Assembly: GCA_035499005.1 (NCBI GenBank)
Contig: DATJZQ010000064.1
Location: forward strand, 966 to 64,965
Length of the DNA stretch: 64,000 bases
Direction: 5' to 3'
Origin: Burkholderiales bacterium
Lineage (GTDB): Bacteria; Pseudomonadota; Gammaproteobacteria; Burkholderiales; SHXO01
Made by a program: the position numbers and the translations under genes. Numbering within the stretch: the stretch's first letter is position 1; each line of letters starts with the position of its first letter. Of the stretch, positions 48,092-57,633 are shown one piece after another. The notes beneath the pieces were generated by a model, which did no database searches, was not told the origin of the DNA, and was given only the letters and a program-made list of their open reading frames with translations.

Positions 48092-49477
48092 ATGGCTTTA
48101 GCTGCCGCAAGCACGCAGTCGGCGATCGACGATCTGCGCGCTGTGCTTGGTGACCGCGTTTCGACCAGCACAGGGGTACGCGATCATCACGCCAAGGACG
48201 AGTCCTGGCATCACCCGCACCGGCCTGACGCGGTGGTGTTCCCCGACACCACGGAAGAGGTGTCGGAGATCGTGCAGATCTGCGCGCGGCACCGCACGCC
48301 GGTGATCGCCTACGGCACCGGCACCTCATTGGAAGGCAACGTGATCCCGCATCAGGGCGGGGTGGTCATCGACCTGATGAACATGAACCAGGTGCTGAGC
48401 GTCAATGCGGAGGACCTCGACGCCACCGTGCAGGCGCGCGTGACGCGTAAACAGCTCAACGATTACGTGCGCGATCAGGGCCTGTTCTTCCCGATCGATC
48501 CGGGCGCCGATGCTTCGCTCGGCGGCATGGCGGCCACGCGCGCCTCCGGCACCAATGCCGTCCGCTACGGCACCATGCGCGAGAACGTCCTGGGGCTGAC
48601 GGTGGTGCTGGCCGACGGGCGCATCATCCGCACCTCGCGCCGGGCGCGCAAATCCGCGGCCGGCTACGACCTCACCCGCCTCTTCGTCGGCAGCGAGGGC
48701 ACGCTCGGCATTATCACGGAGGTCACGCTGCGCTTGTACGGGATTCCCGAGGCGATGGCGGCGGCGGTGTGCTCGTTCGAGACCCTGGAAGGGGCGGTCA
48801 ACACCGTGATCCAGACTATCCAGCTCGGCATTCCAGTGGCGCGCATCGAACTGCTGGACGAGGTCCAGATGGACTCCGTGAACCGGTTCTCCAAGTTGAA
48901 CTATCCGGTCAAGGACACGTTGTTCATCGAATTCCACGGCACGCAAGCCGGCGTCCAGGAGCAGGCCGAGCTGGTGCAGTCCATCGCCGGCGAGCACGGC
49001 GGCGGCGAGTTCAAGTGGGCCACGCGTCAGGAGGAGCGCTCCCACCTGTGGCAGGCGCGCCACGACGTCACCTATGCCAACAAAGCGTTGCGCCCGGGCT
49101 GCGAGATCTGGGCCACCGACGTGTGCGTGCCGATCTCGCGCCTCGCCGAATGCATTCTCGAGACGAAGAAAGATCTCAAGCAGAGCTTCCTCACTGCGCC
49201 GCTTGTGGGACATGTCGGCGACGGCAACTTCCACCTGGGGTTCCTCATCGACCGCAACAACCCCGCCGAGCTGGCCGAAGCTGAGCGCTTGAACGAGCGG
49301 CTGGTGATGCGCGCGCTCGCGATGGATGGCACGTGCACGGGCGAGCACGGAGTGGGCCTCGGCAAGCAGAAATTTCTCATCGCGGAGCACGGCGAAGCGG
49401 TGAGCGTGATGCGCAAGGTAAAACAGGCGCTCGACCCGCTGAACATTCTCAACCCCGGGAAGATCTTTCCGTTCTAG
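48092..49477 (+). CDS. FAD-linked oxidase (D-lactate dehydrogenase / GlcD-like)
   Basis: From MALAAAST: FAD_binding_4 pattern (VVFPDTTEEVSEIVQICARHRTPVIAYGTGTSLEG) and the C-terminal GEHGVGLGK...LDPLNILNPGK motif. Confidence 0.85.
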   Translation: MALAAASTQSAIDDLRAVLGDRVSTSTGVRDHHAKDESWHHPHRPDAVVFPDTTEEVSEIVQICARHRTPVIAYGTGTSLEGNVIPHQGGVVIDLMNMNQVLSVNAEDLDATVQARVTRKQLNDYVRDQGLFFPIDPGADASLGGMAATRASGTNAVRYGTMRENVLGLTVVLADGRIIRTSRRARKSAAGYDLTRLFVGSEGTLGIITEVTLRLYGIPEAMAAAVCSFETLEGAVNTVIQTIQLGIPVARIELLDEVQMDSVNRFSKLNYPVKDTLFIEFHGTQAGVQEQAELVQSIAGEHGGGEFKWATRQEERSHLWQARHDVTYANKALRPGCEIWATDVCVPISRLAECILETKKDLKQSFLTAPLVGHVGDGNFHLGFLIDRNNPAELAEAERLNERLVMRALAMDGTCTGEHGVGLGKQKFLIAEHGEAVSVMRKVKQALDPLNILNPGKIFPF

Positions 49478-49503
49478 GTTTCCCGCTCCGCCACCCTCGT
49501 GCT

Positions 49504-49591
49504 CCCTCACCCCAACCCCTCTCCCGGACGGAGAGGGGCTCGCATTTTCCTCGCCCTCCGGGAGAGGATGGCGCGCAGCGCCAGGTGAGGG
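49504..49591. repeat. REP-like repeat, nested hairpins (between convergent FAD oxidase and DUF1111 genes)
   Basis: Outer arms CCCTCACC (49504) and GGTGAGGG (49584). Inner CCCCTCTCC-CGGA-CGGAGAGGGG and CCCTCCGGGAGAGG. Likely doubles as a bidirectional terminator. Confidence 0.7.
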
Positions 49592-49612
49592 AAGGTCGAG
49601 AAGCAGCTGCGC

Positions 49613-51034
49613 TTATATCGACTCGAGGAATTTGAGCAACGCCTCGCGGTCGGCTTTCGGCATGTTGCGGAAGATCTCGCGCGCGGGCTCCGCCTCGCCG
49701 CCATGCCACAGGATGGCTTCCGTAGCGTTGCGTGCGCGGCCGTCATGCAACAGCACGGCGCTGCCGTTCACCGCCTGAGACAGGCCAAGGCCCCACAAGG
49801 CCGGCGTGCGCCAATCGCGCGGACCGGCGCGGAAATCCGGGCGGCCGTCGGCGAGCGCCTCGCCCATATCGTGGAGCAGCAAATCGGTGTACGCGTGGAA
49901 GGTCTGGTTCGCCAACTGCGGCAGCGGTGTGAATTGAGCGGCCGTCTTCATCTCGGGCACATGGCAGAGCGCGCACTGCGCCTCCGAGAACAGACGCTCG
50001 CCACGCTGCACCTGCGGATCGTGCATATTGCGACGCGCCGGTACGGCCAGCCCGCGCAGCCAGAACTCCAGCGCGTCGAGCTCGTGGTTGACCATTTCCG
50101 GAACGTTGCCCGGCAGCTCCTGGCGGCACAGCTCCTGCACCGGCGGACAATTCTGGTCCGGGAACAGATTCGAGCTCACGCCCATGTCCCCGATCGCAGC
50201 GGCCGCGGACTGCTGCTTGAGGCTGTGCTGGTTCGCCTTCCAGCCGTAGCGTCCGATCGCGACGCGCTGATTGATGGCATCCCACACGTAGTTCGCGTGC
50301 CCGTTGATGCCCTGCTCCATCTGCCGCCGCGCCAGCGCGAGAAGGGCGTCCTCGGGCACGGCGTCGAGGAGGCCGAGCCCGACCAGAGGCTGCGCGATGC
50401 GCAGCGAGAACATGACGTCGGAGCCGAGCGGGCCGAAGTTCAGCGCTTCGATCCGCAGCCGCGGCTCGCGCAGCACCACGCGCTCGCCATCGGCGAAGGC
50501 AACCGGCTGTTCCTCCCAGTCGACGTAAAGCTCGGCCTCGGCTGGAATCGGCTCGCGCGAATAGTAGAAATCGACGCTCTGCCCCTGCAACGCGCGATTC
50601 TGCAGCTGGTCGCCGTAGTTCGGGTGCGGCTTCGGGCCGCCGTGCTCGTCCTCGCCGGGAATCGACAGGCGCACGAGAACGGACAGCAATTGCTCGTCGC
50701 GCCGCTCGGGAAGTTTGCCGCGCCCGTCTCTGACATGACACTCCGAGCACTGGGTCGCGTTGAAGGTCGGCCCCAGTCCCCAGTCCCCGTTGAGCGAGAC
50801 GACCGCCGCCCATTTGCGGTTGAACACATTGCGCCCGACCATGAATGCCTGGCGCTGTTTCGGCGTAAGCACAGGCGCGGGCTCGCTGAAGGCCGTGTGG
50901 TCGAAGCGGCTGATGGTGAAAGCGCCGGCGGACAGGGCTGCGTCCGTTTGAGCGTTTCCATCGGCCAGCGCAGCCAACGCGAGCGCGGCGAGTGCGGTAC
51001 TGGTCGAGAAGGCTAGTACGATCGGCTTATACAT
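49613..51034 (-). CDS. di-haem cytochrome c oxidoreductase / putative peroxidase (DUF1111 family)
   Basis: 473-aa ORF with a signal peptide and two CxxCH haem motifs (CSECH, CALCH). Overall resemblance to the DUF1111 'thiol oxidoreductase' family. Confidence 0.8.
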   Translation of the reverse strand: MYKPIVLAFSTSTALAALALAALADGNAQTDAALSAGAFTISRFDHTAFSEPAPVLTPKQRQAFMVGRNVFNRKWAAVVSLNGDWGLGPTFNATQCSECHVRDGRGKLPERRDEQLLSVLVRLSIPGEDEHGGPKPHPNYGDQLQNRALQGQSVDFYYSREPIPAEAELYVDWEEQPVAFADGERVVLREPRLRIEALNFGPLGSDVMFSLRIAQPLVGLGLLDAVPEDALLALARRQMEQGINGHANYVWDAINQRVAIGRYGWKANQHSLKQQSAAAAIGDMGVSSNLFPDQNCPPVQELCRQELPGNVPEMVNHELDALEFWLRGLAVPARRNMHDPQVQRGERLFSEAQCALCHVPEMKTAAQFTPLPQLANQTFHAYTDLLLHDMGEALADGRPDFRAGPRDWRTPALWGLGLSQAVNGSAVLLHDGRARNATEAILWHGGEAEPAREIFRNMPKADREALLKFLESI

Positions 51035-51203
51035 TCTTGAGTCGCATACCCCTCACCACAACCGCTGGTAGCGGGAGAAGGGTTCTGGCTGCGAGTGTAA
51101 CCCAAGCTTAGGGAAGCTCTGTGCTTCCTTGCGGCAGCATTGTCCAGCAGGCGGCCTTGGACTAGGATGCGCACAGCGGTCGATCCAGTGAAGGGAGGCA
51201 GCG

Positions 51204-52082
51204 ATGGCGGAACAGAAGAATCCCTATGCCGCACCCTCCGCGCCGGTTGCGGACTTTCATCCTCCTCAGGACAGGGGAACGTTCGTCAAAGAGGGCGTGG
51301 TGGTCCCGGCGCGCCGCGGCTGGGACTGGTGGCGCCGCGGCTTTGCCATCTTCCGCGCCGCTCCCTGGATGTGGGCGCTGATCGTCTTGGTCCTGGCGGG
51401 CGTGTTCCTCCTCGTCGTAGCGGTCGCAGGCGCGCTTAGCGCGGCGATCGTGCGCTCACCCGCGGGTATCTTCCTGCTCGTCTTGCTGGCAGTCATCGTG
51501 ATGAACATCGTGTACCCGATCATCTCGGGCGGCCTGATGCTCGCCGCGCGCGCAGCCGATGAAGGTGACAAGCCCACCGTCGGGCATGTCTTCGCGGGGT
51601 TCAGCCAGGCCGGCGGCACGCTGGCGGCGGTCGGCGTCCTGCTCCTGGTGGGCTATATCGTGATCGCCGCGATTCAATTCATGCTGTTCGGCATGGGATT
51701 CTCGAAGGGGATGGCTGGAAACCCCGCCACGATGATGCAGCAGAGCGTACTGGCATCCTTGGTTTCTCTCGCCCTCAGCGTTCCTCTGGCGATGGCATTC
51801 TGGTTCGCATCGTCACTGGTCGTGTTCAACGGCCTGTCCGCGATCGAGGCGATACGCTCGAGCTTCCTCGGCTGCCTGAAGAATGTCGTGCCGTTCCTGA
51901 TCTACGGCCTCGTGGGGCTCGCCTTGGGCATCGTGCTCGCCCTCGTGCTCGGAGCTCTCATCTTTGCGACGCGCGGCGTGGCCGCCATTTTGATGTTCGT
52001 GCTCGCGTTCGCGATCCTGCCCATCATCCTCGGGACGATCTACGCCGGGTACCGCGATATCTACACCACGCAGCGGAGCTAA
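51204..52082 (+). CDS. polytopic membrane protein (BPSS1780/DUF975-like), function unknown
   Basis: 292-aa ORF starting MAEQKNPYAAPSAPVADF, followed by about 6 TM helices. The family call is from memory of similar N-termini. Confidence 0.6.
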   Translation: MAEQKNPYAAPSAPVADFHPPQDRGTFVKEGVVVPARRGWDWWRRGFAIFRAAPWMWALIVLVLAGVFLLVVAVAGALSAAIVRSPAGIFLLVLLAVIVMNIVYPIISGGLMLAARAADEGDKPTVGHVFAGFSQAGGTLAAVGVLLLVGYIVIAAIQFMLFGMGFSKGMAGNPATMMQQSVLASLVSLALSVPLAMAFWFASSLVVFNGLSAIEAIRSSFLGCLKNVVPFLIYGLVGLALGIVLALVLGALIFATRGVAAILMFVLAFAILPIILGTIYAGYRDIYTTQRS

Positions 52083-52119
52083 CTTTGCTGGCACGGGGCG
52101 CCGAAGCGCACCCGCCGCT

Positions 52120-52806
52120 ATGCTCGACACCGCGCGCGAGATTCCAACCCCCGAAGGCATCGAGCTGAGCCTGCGCCTCGCAGGCCCGGTAGCGCGGGCG
52201 CTTGCCTGGATGATCGACCTCGTAGTGCGCTTGACAGCATTCGGGATTCTCAGCATTCCCGTGAGCCTTCTGGGCGGCATCGGCGCCGGCATCTCGTTCA
52301 TCCTCTGGTTCGGGCTCGAATGGTTCTATCCGACCTTGTTCGAGGTGTACGGCGGGGGCGCGACACCCGGGAAGCGCGCGCTAGGCCTCATCGTGCTGCA
52401 TCGCGACGGTACGCCGGTGGGGTTGCCCGCGTCGCTCACGCGGAACCTCCTGCGCGCAGTCGACTTCTTACCCCTGCTGTACGGTTTTGGACTGTTGAGC
52501 GTCGTGCTGAGCCGCGACTTCCAGCGTTTGGGCGACATTGCGGGCGGCACGTTGGTGGTATATCGCGAAGCGAGTACTCAACACGGTGCGATTCCTGCCG
52601 CGCCACCGCTGCCGCCAGCGATGCTGCTCAGCCCTTTGGAGCAGCGCACGCTGCTCGATCTCGCCGCGCGCAGCCAAATGCTCACGTCCGAGCGTGCTCA
52701 AGAGCTCGCGGCGCTGGCGCCGCGCCTGAGCGGCGCCACGGGTGACACCGCCGCGCTCGCTCGGGTCTTGTCGATCGCAAACTATCTCATCGGACGCCGC
52801 GCTTAG
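52120..52806 (+). CDS. RDD-family membrane protein
   Basis: 228-aa ORF with RALAWMIDLVVR, GATPGKRALGL.VLHRDG, and LSRDFQRLGDIAGGTLVV (RDD signature residues). Confidence 0.75.
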   Translation: MLDTAREIPTPEGIELSLRLAGPVARALAWMIDLVVRLTAFGILSIPVSLLGGIGAGISFILWFGLEWFYPTLFEVYGGGATPGKRALGLIVLHRDGTPVGLPASLTRNLLRAVDFLPLLYGFGLLSVVLSRDFQRLGDIAGGTLVVYREASTQHGAIPAAPPLPPAMLLSPLEQRTLLDLAARSQMLTSERAQELAALAPRLSGATGDTAALARVLSIANYLIGRRA

Positions 52807-52810
52807 ACTC

Positions 52811-53794
52811 ATGAAGCAACAGGCCTTCGAGGCGCACTACGAAGTGCGCTGGATCGAGTTTGCCGACTGGCTCAAGCACTCGGGCGAGAAGCGTACGAAA
52901 GGCGGCGGCAAGTCTGCTCTCGAAGCGATGGACGTGCCCGCGCGCTACCGCGAGCTCTGCCAGCATCTTGCCCTGGCGCGCGATCGCCAATACAGCGCCG
53001 ATCTGATCGAGCGCCTCAGCGGTCTGGCGCTGGCCGGCCACCAGGCGCTGTACGGCGCACACACGCGCGGGCTCGAGCGCGTATGGCAGTTTCTGCGCAC
53101 CGGGTTCCCCCGCGCCGTGCGGCGCGAGGTGCGCTTCGTGGCGCTGGCGGCGCTTCTGTTTTTCGGACCGCTGCTCACTTTGACCTTCGCCGTGCCGCGC
53201 CACCCCGAGTTTGCCTACGTTGTGGTGCCGGCCAGAATGCTCGACTCGGTGCAGGAGATGTACGGCGAGGCCACCAAGGCGCTGGGCCGCAAGCGCGAGG
53301 CCGACACCGACGTCGCCATGTTCGGCTTCTACATCTTCAACAACGTGCGGATCGGCTTCCAGACGTTCGCGGGCGGCCTCGCGTTCGGCCTGGGCGCGAT
53401 CTTCTACCTGCTGTACAACGGCGTCTTCATCGGCGCCATCACCGGCCACATCATCCACTCGGGCCTCGCAGTCAATTTCTTCTCTTTCACATCGGGGCAC
53501 AGCGCCTTCGAGCTCGGCGCCATCTGCCTGTCGGGTGCGGCGGGCCTGAAGCTTGGATTCGCGCTGCTCGCCCCAGGTCGGCTACGCCGTGCCGCGGCGC
53601 TCCGCGCTGCCGCGGCTCAGGCCGTCCCGCTGGTCGTGGGGCTGGCGGGAATGCTGTTGATCGCCGCCGGAATCGAGGCGTTCTGGTCGCCGCGCACGTT
53701 TCTGCCGCCGGTGGCCAAGTACGCTGTGGGTGCAATGCTGTGGCTGCTTCTGCTGCTGTATTTCGCCTTCGCGGGGCGCGAACGTGCGAATTGA
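52811..53794 (+). CDS. SpoIIM-like (stage II sporulation protein M family) integral membrane protein
   Basis: ATG 4 nt after the RDD gene stop. FYIFNNVRIGFQTFAGGLAFGLGAIFYLLYNGVFIGAITG is the SpoIIM/DUF95 core motif. About 6 TM helices. Confidence 0.7.
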   Translation: MKQQAFEAHYEVRWIEFADWLKHSGEKRTKGGGKSALEAMDVPARYRELCQHLALARDRQYSADLIERLSGLALAGHQALYGAHTRGLERVWQFLRTGFPRAVRREVRFVALAALLFFGPLLTLTFAVPRHPEFAYVVVPARMLDSVQEMYGEATKALGRKREADTDVAMFGFYIFNNVRIGFQTFAGGLAFGLGAIFYLLYNGVFIGAITGHIIHSGLAVNFFSFTSGHSAFELGAICLSGAAGLKLGFALLAPGRLRRAAALRAAAAQAVPLVVGLAGMLLIAAGIEAFWSPRTFLPPVAKYAVGAMLWLLLLLYFAFAGRERAN

Positions 53795-55331
53795 CCAGCT
53801 GTCGGTCGTGTTGCGCCAGCGTAACCCGTGGGAAGCGATCGATCTCGGGTTCGCCATGACGCGCGAGTGGTGGCGCGAGATCTACGTCTCGTGGCTCGTA
53901 GCGTTTGTGCCGCTGTCGGTCGCGGCCTGCCTCCTGCTGCCGCCGCCGTGGGCTCTCTTGCCCGTCTGGTGGCTCAAGCCCGCGCTCGATCGCATCGTGC
54001 TGCACGTGGTATCGAGCGCAGTGTTCGGGTCGCCGCCCCAGCTGCGAGAGACAGTGCGCTCGTTCTTCACGTACGGACGCAACGGGTTTCTGCTGTGGCT
54101 GTTGCCGCCGCTTCGCTTCTCTCCCTACCGCTCTTTCACGCTGCCGGTTCGGCAACTGGAGAACGCACGCGGACGCACCGCGCGCCAGCGGGCGCAGCAG
54201 CTGCGCAAGCGCGGGGCAAGCCAGGCCCTGTGGCTTACGCTCGTGTGCCTCGCTTTCGAGCTGCTCGTGTTCCTCTCGCTGGCGGGTCTCTACGACCTGC
54301 TGGTCCCGGCAACGACGCGCGAGACGTTCGATGCATTCGAGCTGTTCAATGGCACGCCGAGCCGCTCGCATGCGTATGTGCTGCTCGCGCTCTACATGTG
54401 CGGCATGGCGCTGATCGAGCCGCTGTACGTGGCCGGCGGTTTCGCGCTGTACTTGAACCGGCGCACGGCCCTGGAAGGCTGGGACCTTGAAGTGCAGCTG
54501 CGCCGCATCGCACAGCACGGGCCTCGGGTGCCAGAGCAGGAGTCGTCCGCGGCGGCATCGACTGTCGTGGTGGTGTTGCTGGCAGCGGGGGTGGCGCTGG
54601 CCGCGCTGCTCGCGCCGCCCGGCTTCGCCTGGGCGCAGGAGCCCACCAGCTCGAGCACGCCCGCTCCACCCGAGGCCAGGGCGTCGCGCCCGGTGCCGCT
54701 CACGCCGAGCGAGGCCAAGCAGCAGATCCGCGAAGTGCTCCGAAAGCCGGAGTTCGAGCAGTTCGAAGAGCAGATCACGATCGAGCCGCTGGCCAAGCCC
54801 GAAAAACCGCAGGAGCGCGCGCGCGAAACCGGCATCACCGCCTTCATTGAGTTCCTCGCCAGCGCGCTGCGCGGCCTGGTCTGGATCGTTCTCGGCGCGA
54901 TCGTCCTTTTTGGACTGTACTGGGTGCTGCGCCGGCTGGAGTGGATTCGTCCGGCGCAGGGCGCCGCATGGAGACCGCCCGCCACGCTGTTCGGGTTGGA
55001 TGTGCGCCCCGAGAGCCTGCCACCGGATGTCGCGGCGGCTGCGGCGCAACTCGCGCGCTCCGGCAATACGGTGGCTGCGCTGTCGTTGCTCTATCGCGGG
55101 ACGCTCGCGGCGCTGCTTCACCGCGACCGGATCGAGCTTGCGAGCGGTGATACGGAACTCGACTGCCTGACCAAGACGCGCGAGCGGATCGCGGCGCAGA
55201 CGCACGCCTACCTCGCGCGCCTGCTCACGGCGTGGCAGGCGGCGGCTTATGCGCAGCGCATACCGCCGCTGCCCGAGGTGGAGCAGCTCGCCTCCGATTG
55301 GCCGGGACTTTTCGGGGCGCAGCCCGCGTGA
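53784..55331 (+). CDS. membrane protein with C-terminal DUF4129 domain
   Basis: GTG at 53784 overlaps the upstream gene by 11 nt. Multiple TM helices. The C-terminal AALSLLYRGTLAALLHRDRIELASGDTELDCL...LTAWQAAAYA resembles DUF4129. Confidence 0.65.
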   Translation: MRIDQLSVVLRQRNPWEAIDLGFAMTREWWREIYVSWLVAFVPLSVAACLLLPPPWALLPVWWLKPALDRIVLHVVSSAVFGSPPQLRETVRSFFTYGRNGFLLWLLPPLRFSPYRSFTLPVRQLENARGRTARQRAQQLRKRGASQALWLTLVCLAFELLVFLSLAGLYDLLVPATTRETFDAFELFNGTPSRSHAYVLLALYMCGMALIEPLYVAGGFALYLNRRTALEGWDLEVQLRRIAQHGPRVPEQESSAAASTVVVVLLAAGVALAALLAPPGFAWAQEPTSSSTPAPPEARASRPVPLTPSEAKQQIREVLRKPEFEQFEEQITIEPLAKPEKPQERARETGITAFIEFLASALRGLVWIVLGAIVLFGLYWVLRRLEWIRPAQGAAWRPPATLFGLDVRPESLPPDVAAAAAQLARSGNTVAALSLLYRGTLAALLHRDRIELASGDTELDCLTKTRERIAAQTHAYLARLLTAWQAAAYAQRIPPLPEVEQLASDWPGLFGAQPA

Positions 55332-56590
55332 GCCGGCGCGCACTGTATCTCGCCATCGTGGGGCTGGGTCTGTGCCTCGGCGCCTACCTGTTCACACAGC
55401 ATTACGGTTTTTTTCAGCGGCGCGTATGGGTTGGGCTGAGCGGGGAAGCGGCGGCGAACCGGCTGCTCGCGGCGCGCATGTTGCTCACCCGCATGGGCGG
55501 CCGCGTCCAGGAAAGCGGCGACCTCACCCAGTTGGACCGGTTTCCGGTCGGCGCGACGATTTTCCTCGCGGCGGACCGGGAAGATCTCGATTCGAACACG
55601 GTGAAGCGGCTGCTCGCCTGGGTGCAGGACGGCGGGCATCTGGTTGTCGCAGCGGAGCACCCGTTCCTGCACGATCCGCTGATGGACGCGCTCGGGGTCT
55701 CGGTGCAGGAGGACGATGCGCGCCGGTCGACCTGGAGGGCAGACGATGTCCAGCTCGCCAACGGCGCCAGGCTGCGCATCGATCTCTTGCCTTCTCCCGC
55801 GCTCTACGACGACGCCGACAGCGCGAGCTGGTCGTACAAATCCTATGGCGCGCTGCGCATGCTGCAAATCCCACGGGAGGATGGATTGGTGACTGTGATG
55901 TCCACGTTCCGGCCGTTCGACAACTACTCGATCGGGCGATTGGATCATGCCGAGCTGCTGTGGCGCCTGGCGAGCGACAACGGACAGCCGGTGGACGTAT
56001 GGCTCGTGCGTCATGTCGACGTGCAGTCGCTGCCCGCGTGGCTGGCGCGCCATGCGTTGCCTGCCCTGATTGCGCTCGGCGTATTCCTGGTCTTGATGCT
56101 GTGGCGGTTGAGTCCGCGCTTCGGGCCGCTGGTCCCCAGCCCGGCGCCCGACCGCCGCAGCCTGGTCGAGCATCTGTCGGCGACGGGTCGCTTCTATTCG
56201 AGGCAGACGCGGCTGGCTGATGTCCTGCGGATCGTGCGCCAGGACGGCCTCGATCTGCTGGCCGCGCGCGCACCGGAGACGAGACAACAGGACGGCGCGG
56301 CACGGTTGAGGACGGCCGCGCGCTTGACCGGCCAGAACCCGCGCGAGCTGCTCCACGCGTTCTCCGCCGACGCGGCGACGCCGCATGAGTTCACCCTTGC
56401 CATGCGCGTGCTCGCTTCATTCCGCCAGCTCGCGCTGTCGGGTAAGGCGACGCGGCGGCGGGGCCGCCGATCCGGGGGATCGGCTCGCAGCGACCGTCGC
56501 AGAGACCATAAGAGGCGGGCACAATGGCTCGAAGCGTTGCGTGGACAACGCGAACCCAGTGCTCAGAAACTTCCCAGGAACTCAGTATGA
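55328..56590 (+). CDS. DUF4350-like membrane-anchored protein with Arg-rich C-terminal tail
   Basis: GTGA overlap with the upstream stop. N-terminal TM helix, a GATIFLAADRED...VQDGGHLVVAAEHP block and a second TM helix, as I recall for DUF4350 proteins next to MoxR/DUF58. Tail reads RRRGRRSGGSARSDRRRDHKRR. Confidence 0.6.
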   Translation: MSRRALYLAIVGLGLCLGAYLFTQHYGFFQRRVWVGLSGEAAANRLLAARMLLTRMGGRVQESGDLTQLDRFPVGATIFLAADREDLDSNTVKRLLAWVQDGGHLVVAAEHPFLHDPLMDALGVSVQEDDARRSTWRADDVQLANGARLRIDLLPSPALYDDADSASWSYKSYGALRMLQIPREDGLVTVMSTFRPFDNYSIGRLDHAELLWRLASDNGQPVDVWLVRHVDVQSLPAWLARHALPALIALGVFLVLMLWRLSPRFGPLVPSPAPDRRSLVEHLSATGRFYSRQTRLADVLRIVRQDGLDLLAARAPETRQQDGAARLRTAARLTGQNPRELLHAFSADAATPHEFTLAMRVLASFRQLALSGKATRRRGRRSGGSARSDRRRDHKRRAQWLEALRGQREPSAQKLPRNSV

Positions 56591-57567
56591 GCGAGCACCC
56601 TGCATCCGAGTTCGGACGCCAAGCCCTGGCCACGGTCGGCGCGATCCGCGCGGAGGTCGCCAAAGCGTTGATCGGCCAGCATGCAATCATCGATGAGGTG
56701 CTGATCGCGCTGCTGGCCGGCGGGCATGTTCTCATCGAGGGCGTACCGGGGCTCGGCAAGACGCTCCTCGTGCGCGCTCTGGCGAAGACCTTCGAGGGGC
56801 GCTTTGCGCGCATCCAGTTCACGCCCGATCTGATGCCGGCGGACGTCACGGGGCACACGCTGTACGACCAGGCGACGCGCCAATTCACGACGCGCAAAGG
56901 CCCGGTATTCACCAATCTGCTGCTGGCCGACGAAATCAATCGCGCACCGGCCAAGACCCAGGCCGCGCTGCTGGAAGTGATGCAGGAGGGTCAAGTCACG
57001 ATCGAGGGCACCGCCCATCCGCTCGACCCGCCGTTCATGGTGCTCGCCACACAAAACCCGATCGAGCAGGAAGGAACGTACGCGCTGCCGGAGGCTCAGC
57101 TCGACCGCTTCCTGCTCAAGATCCGCATCGACTATCCAGCGCTCGAGGACGAGCACGCCCTGGTGCGCCAAGTCACGACCAATCAGGTGGGGGACCGGCT
57201 CAACGTGGACAACGTGAGCGCGTTGCTCGAGCCGTCCGCGGTGCTGGCGCTGCAACGCTACCTCGCTGGCCTGACTGTCGATCCGCGCGTGTCGGACTAT
57301 GCAGTCCGTATCGCGCGCGCTACGCGCACCTGGCCCGGCATCGCCGCCGGCGCGAGCCCTCGCGGCGGCATTTCCCTGGTGCGGGCGGCACGTGGTCAGG
57401 CCGTCATCAGCGGGCGCGACTTCGTCACACCCGATGATGTGAAGGCGGTCGCGCTTCCGGCACTCCGCCATCGCGTGACGCTCGCGCCGGAAGTGGAGAT
57501 CGAGGGACAAGGGGCGGACGCCGTGCTCGAAGCTCTCCTGCAGCGGGTGGAGGCGCCAAGGAGCTAA
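56587..57567 (+). CDS. MoxR-family AAA+ ATPase
   Basis: ATGA overlap with the upstream stop. Walker A GVPGLGKT, Walker B LLADEINRA, ATQNPIEQEGTYALPEAQLDRF, and the C-terminal GASPRG lid motif. Confidence 0.92.
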   Translation: MSEHPASEFGRQALATVGAIRAEVAKALIGQHAIIDEVLIALLAGGHVLIEGVPGLGKTLLVRALAKTFEGRFARIQFTPDLMPADVTGHTLYDQATRQFTTRKGPVFTNLLLADEINRAPAKTQAALLEVMQEGQVTIEGTAHPLDPPFMVLATQNPIEQEGTYALPEAQLDRFLLKIRIDYPALEDEHALVRQVTTNQVGDRLNVDNVSALLEPSAVLALQRYLAGLTVDPRVSDYAVRIARATRTWPGIAAGASPRGGISLVRAARGQAVISGRDFVTPDDVKAVALPALRHRVTLAPEVEIEGQGADAVLEALLQRVEAPRS

Positions 57568-57612
57568 CCCCGTCCTCTCCCTCCCCCCAAGGGGCAGAGG
57601 GTTGGGGCGGGG
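57568..57612. repeat. REP-like repeat (moxR / DUF58 intergenic)
   Basis: CCCCGTCCTCTCCCTCCCCCCAAGGGGCAGAGGGTTGGGGCGGGG, starting immediately after the moxR stop. Confidence 0.7.
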
Positions 57613-57633
57613 CATCACGAGCCAATTGCCACG